From IMG/VR virus record IMGVR_UViG_3300044782_000023: a stretch of DNA of 64,000 nucleotides, one strand, 5' to 3'. The notes under the pieces were generated by a model. That model was not told the DNA's origin and ran no database searches. It saw only the letters and a list, made by a program, of their open reading frames with translations. Every line of letters starts with the position of its first letter. The first letter of the stretch is position 1. This DNA is from a virus. Below are positions 62,350-64,000 of this stretch, piece after piece. Made by a program: the position numbers and the translations under genes.

Positions 62350-62749
62350 CCACGACGGCTTCCCAGCCGAGCATCGTCAGCGCCTCCCCCAGACCCGACC
62401 AGCGCAGGACCTTCCCCACAGGAACACCCCGGGAGTTCACCCGCTGCGTGTACGCGCCGTCGGCGCTCACCCGGACGACATACCCGTCCAACAGGCAGTA
62501 TGGGTGCACCTCATCGGTCAACCAGTGCAGACCACGCTCGGCCCGCCTGCCCGTAGTGCTGCGGACTGCGAGCACCGTGGCATCCTGCTCGGTAGCACGG
62601 ACCGTACTGGCCGCCGTGGACAGATCAGGATGAGCATCCAAGACCACCACGTACCTGCCGTCACCCGTGGCGGACGTGACCGTGCCGAACTTATCCAACC
62701 AGGGGAACAGCCATGTGCTGCCGGTCAGTTGTACACGTGCGCCGATCAT
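62330..62749 (-). CDS. hypothetical protein, 139 aa
   Basis: AAGGAG RBS. Confidence 0.55.
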   Translation of the reverse strand: MIGARVQLTGSTWLFPWLDKFGTVTSATGDGRYVVVLDAHPDLSTAASTVRATEQDATVLAVRSTTGRRAERGLHWLTDEVHPYCLLDGYVVRVSADGAYTQRVNSRGVPVGKVLRWSGLGEALTMLGWEAVVASEPVL

Positions 62750-62804
62750 CAGGTCTCCTTCGCGTCCAATCCAAGACCACACACGAAGGAGACCTGATAC
62801 ATCA

Positions 62805-63068
62805 TCAGGCATCGATCTTCACCGGGCGCCAGCGGATGTAACGCTGGATTTCCTTGAGGTTGCACTCCAGCGAAGATCGAAACCACGTGCCGACCACGCA
62901 CTTAGTGACCGTCGCGTACGTACCGTCCCCGAACCGGACCTCAATCCGGTCCACGAACGTACTGTCTGGGTCTACCCAACGAAGGGCCAGCACGTCCCAG
63001 GGCGTGGGGCTCTCCTCGGTCCAGCCGCGTTCCAGGCCGACCTTCAGGATCTCGTCTCGTAGTGTCAT
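62805..63068 (-). CDS. hypothetical protein, 87 aa
   Basis: Downstream of motif copy at 63097-63113. Confidence 0.5.
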   Translation of the reverse strand: MTLRDEILKVGLERGWTEESPTPWDVLALRWVDPDSTFVDRIEVRFGDGTYATVTKCVVGTWFRSSLECNLKEIQRYIRWRPVKIDA

Positions 63069-63141
63069 AGGTTCAGAGTGCCGACCTGCCGACCACTTGT
63101 CAAGCGGTTGACAGGTCAGCCTGCCGGGCTGTCCCTGCTAC

Positions 63142-63945
63142 CTAGACACCAGCGCCGGTATCATCCCGAACGTTCGTCGCATAGTCGTAGTAACTGGTTT
63201 CCGCAACGTTCTCGTAACCGTAGGTATGGGTGTTGCCCCACCGGTTGTTACCGAACGTGGTCCGGTAGTTGTGGTACGTCCCAGAGGCGCCGTCTACCGC
63301 CTGCACGCTGTAGTTGCCGCCGTTGAAGTAGTTGCCGAACACCGCGATCGGCCCGTACGCGCTCGGACCAAGGTCGGGGGCGATGAACAGGGCCGCGTTG
63401 CCGTTCGTCGCATCGAGATAGTTGCCAGTGATGGTGACGTTAGTGACGCCGCCCTCGACCTGTGCACAGTCGGCGTGGGAGCCTTCCGTCACGTACACAC
63501 CATGGCAGTAGTTGCCGATCAGGTTGACGTTGCTGCCGATCTTGAACCCGTCATCAGCCATACCACTGACGTCCAAGCGGACCGCATGGTAATTGGCGCC
63601 GACGACACTGTTGCTGAACCCGATCACCGTAGAATCGATGATCGTCGCGGACTTGCCCGAGAGGACTTCGATTCCGGTGCCGGTATGCGCAGTAGTCGAC
63701 ACCCTAGTTCTGGTGACCTGCACGTTCGTTGCGTTGATGATCAGTTTGCCGAGGATGTTCTTGGCGTCGACCGTGCTGTTGTTCGTGGTGACCGTGTAAT
63801 CCCCGTTGATGGTGGTCAGCGAGGTTCCGGTCGGCACCCCCACCGTAGGGGCGGTCGCGCTGGCCGGGCCAGCAAGAGAAAACAGGGTCGCCAGGACGAT
63901 CGCCAGGACGGCGAGCGCGGCGGTGCGAGGGCGGACAGTGCGCAT
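63142..63945 (-). CDS. secreted right-handed beta-helix (pectate lyase-like) protein
   Basis: Signal peptide (LAVLAIVLATLFSLAGPASA); HADCAQ, VTITGNYL, VFGNYFNGGNY repeats. Confidence 0.7.
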   Translation of the reverse strand: MRTVRPRTAALAVLAIVLATLFSLAGPASATAPTVGVPTGTSLTTINGDYTVTTNNSTVDAKNILGKLIINATNVQVTRTRVSTTAHTGTGIEVLSGKSATIIDSTVIGFSNSVVGANYHAVRLDVSGMADDGFKIGSNVNLIGNYCHGVYVTEGSHADCAQVEGGVTNVTITGNYLDATNGNAALFIAPDLGPSAYGPIAVFGNYFNGGNYSVQAVDGASGTYHNYRTTFGNNRWGNTHTYGYENVAETSYYDYATNVRDDTGAGV

Positions 63946-64000
63946 GGAAGGGGCTCCCCGTGGCAGTAGATGTGACAATCTCAGCCTACAGGGAGCCGGT

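Noticed and set aside
32000-64000. Relaxase, integrase or ParA candidates among hypothetical ORFs
   Set aside because: No HUH three-His, R-H-R-Y, serine-recombinase or deviant Walker A motifs recognised; absence is by eye and needs HMM confirmation.

Overview
A high-GC, apparently near-complete genome of a siphovirus-type actinobacteriophage (host inferred from gene style and GC richness, not identified). From left to right it carries: a tRNA/structured-RNA cluster; terminase genes, with three class-3 inteins in TerL; head, neck and tail genes including a frameshifted tail chaperone and a 1138-aa tape measure; and a lysis cassette. Where temperate siphoviruses normally place the integrase/repressor cassette, there is instead a separately promoted, leftward operon resembling a Gram-positive conjugative type IV secretion system. 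It encodes pilin-like, TcpE/VirB3-like, VirB4 ATPase, VirB6-like, VirB8-like and dual-domain VirB1-like proteins. Further right are a divergent promoter switch with an RHH-like regulator, a duplicated 38-bp-arm hairpin origin candidate, a Prim-Pol/SF3 helicase, recombination genes and many small ORFs. This arm also encodes JAB and HD-domain enzymes and a membrane-anchored HNH-FtsK ATPase fusion with a fourth class-3 intein. About 12 copies of a TGACAA-N4-TTGTCA-like motif, mostly embedded in TTGACA-N18-TANNNT promoters, link the virion, conjugation and early operons into one regulon. I could not recognise an integrase, relaxase or ParAB. The main hypothesis is a phage (or phage-plasmid) that can spread both as virions and by relaxase-independent cell-to-cell transfer. 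All product calls come from motif recognition by eye, not database searches.
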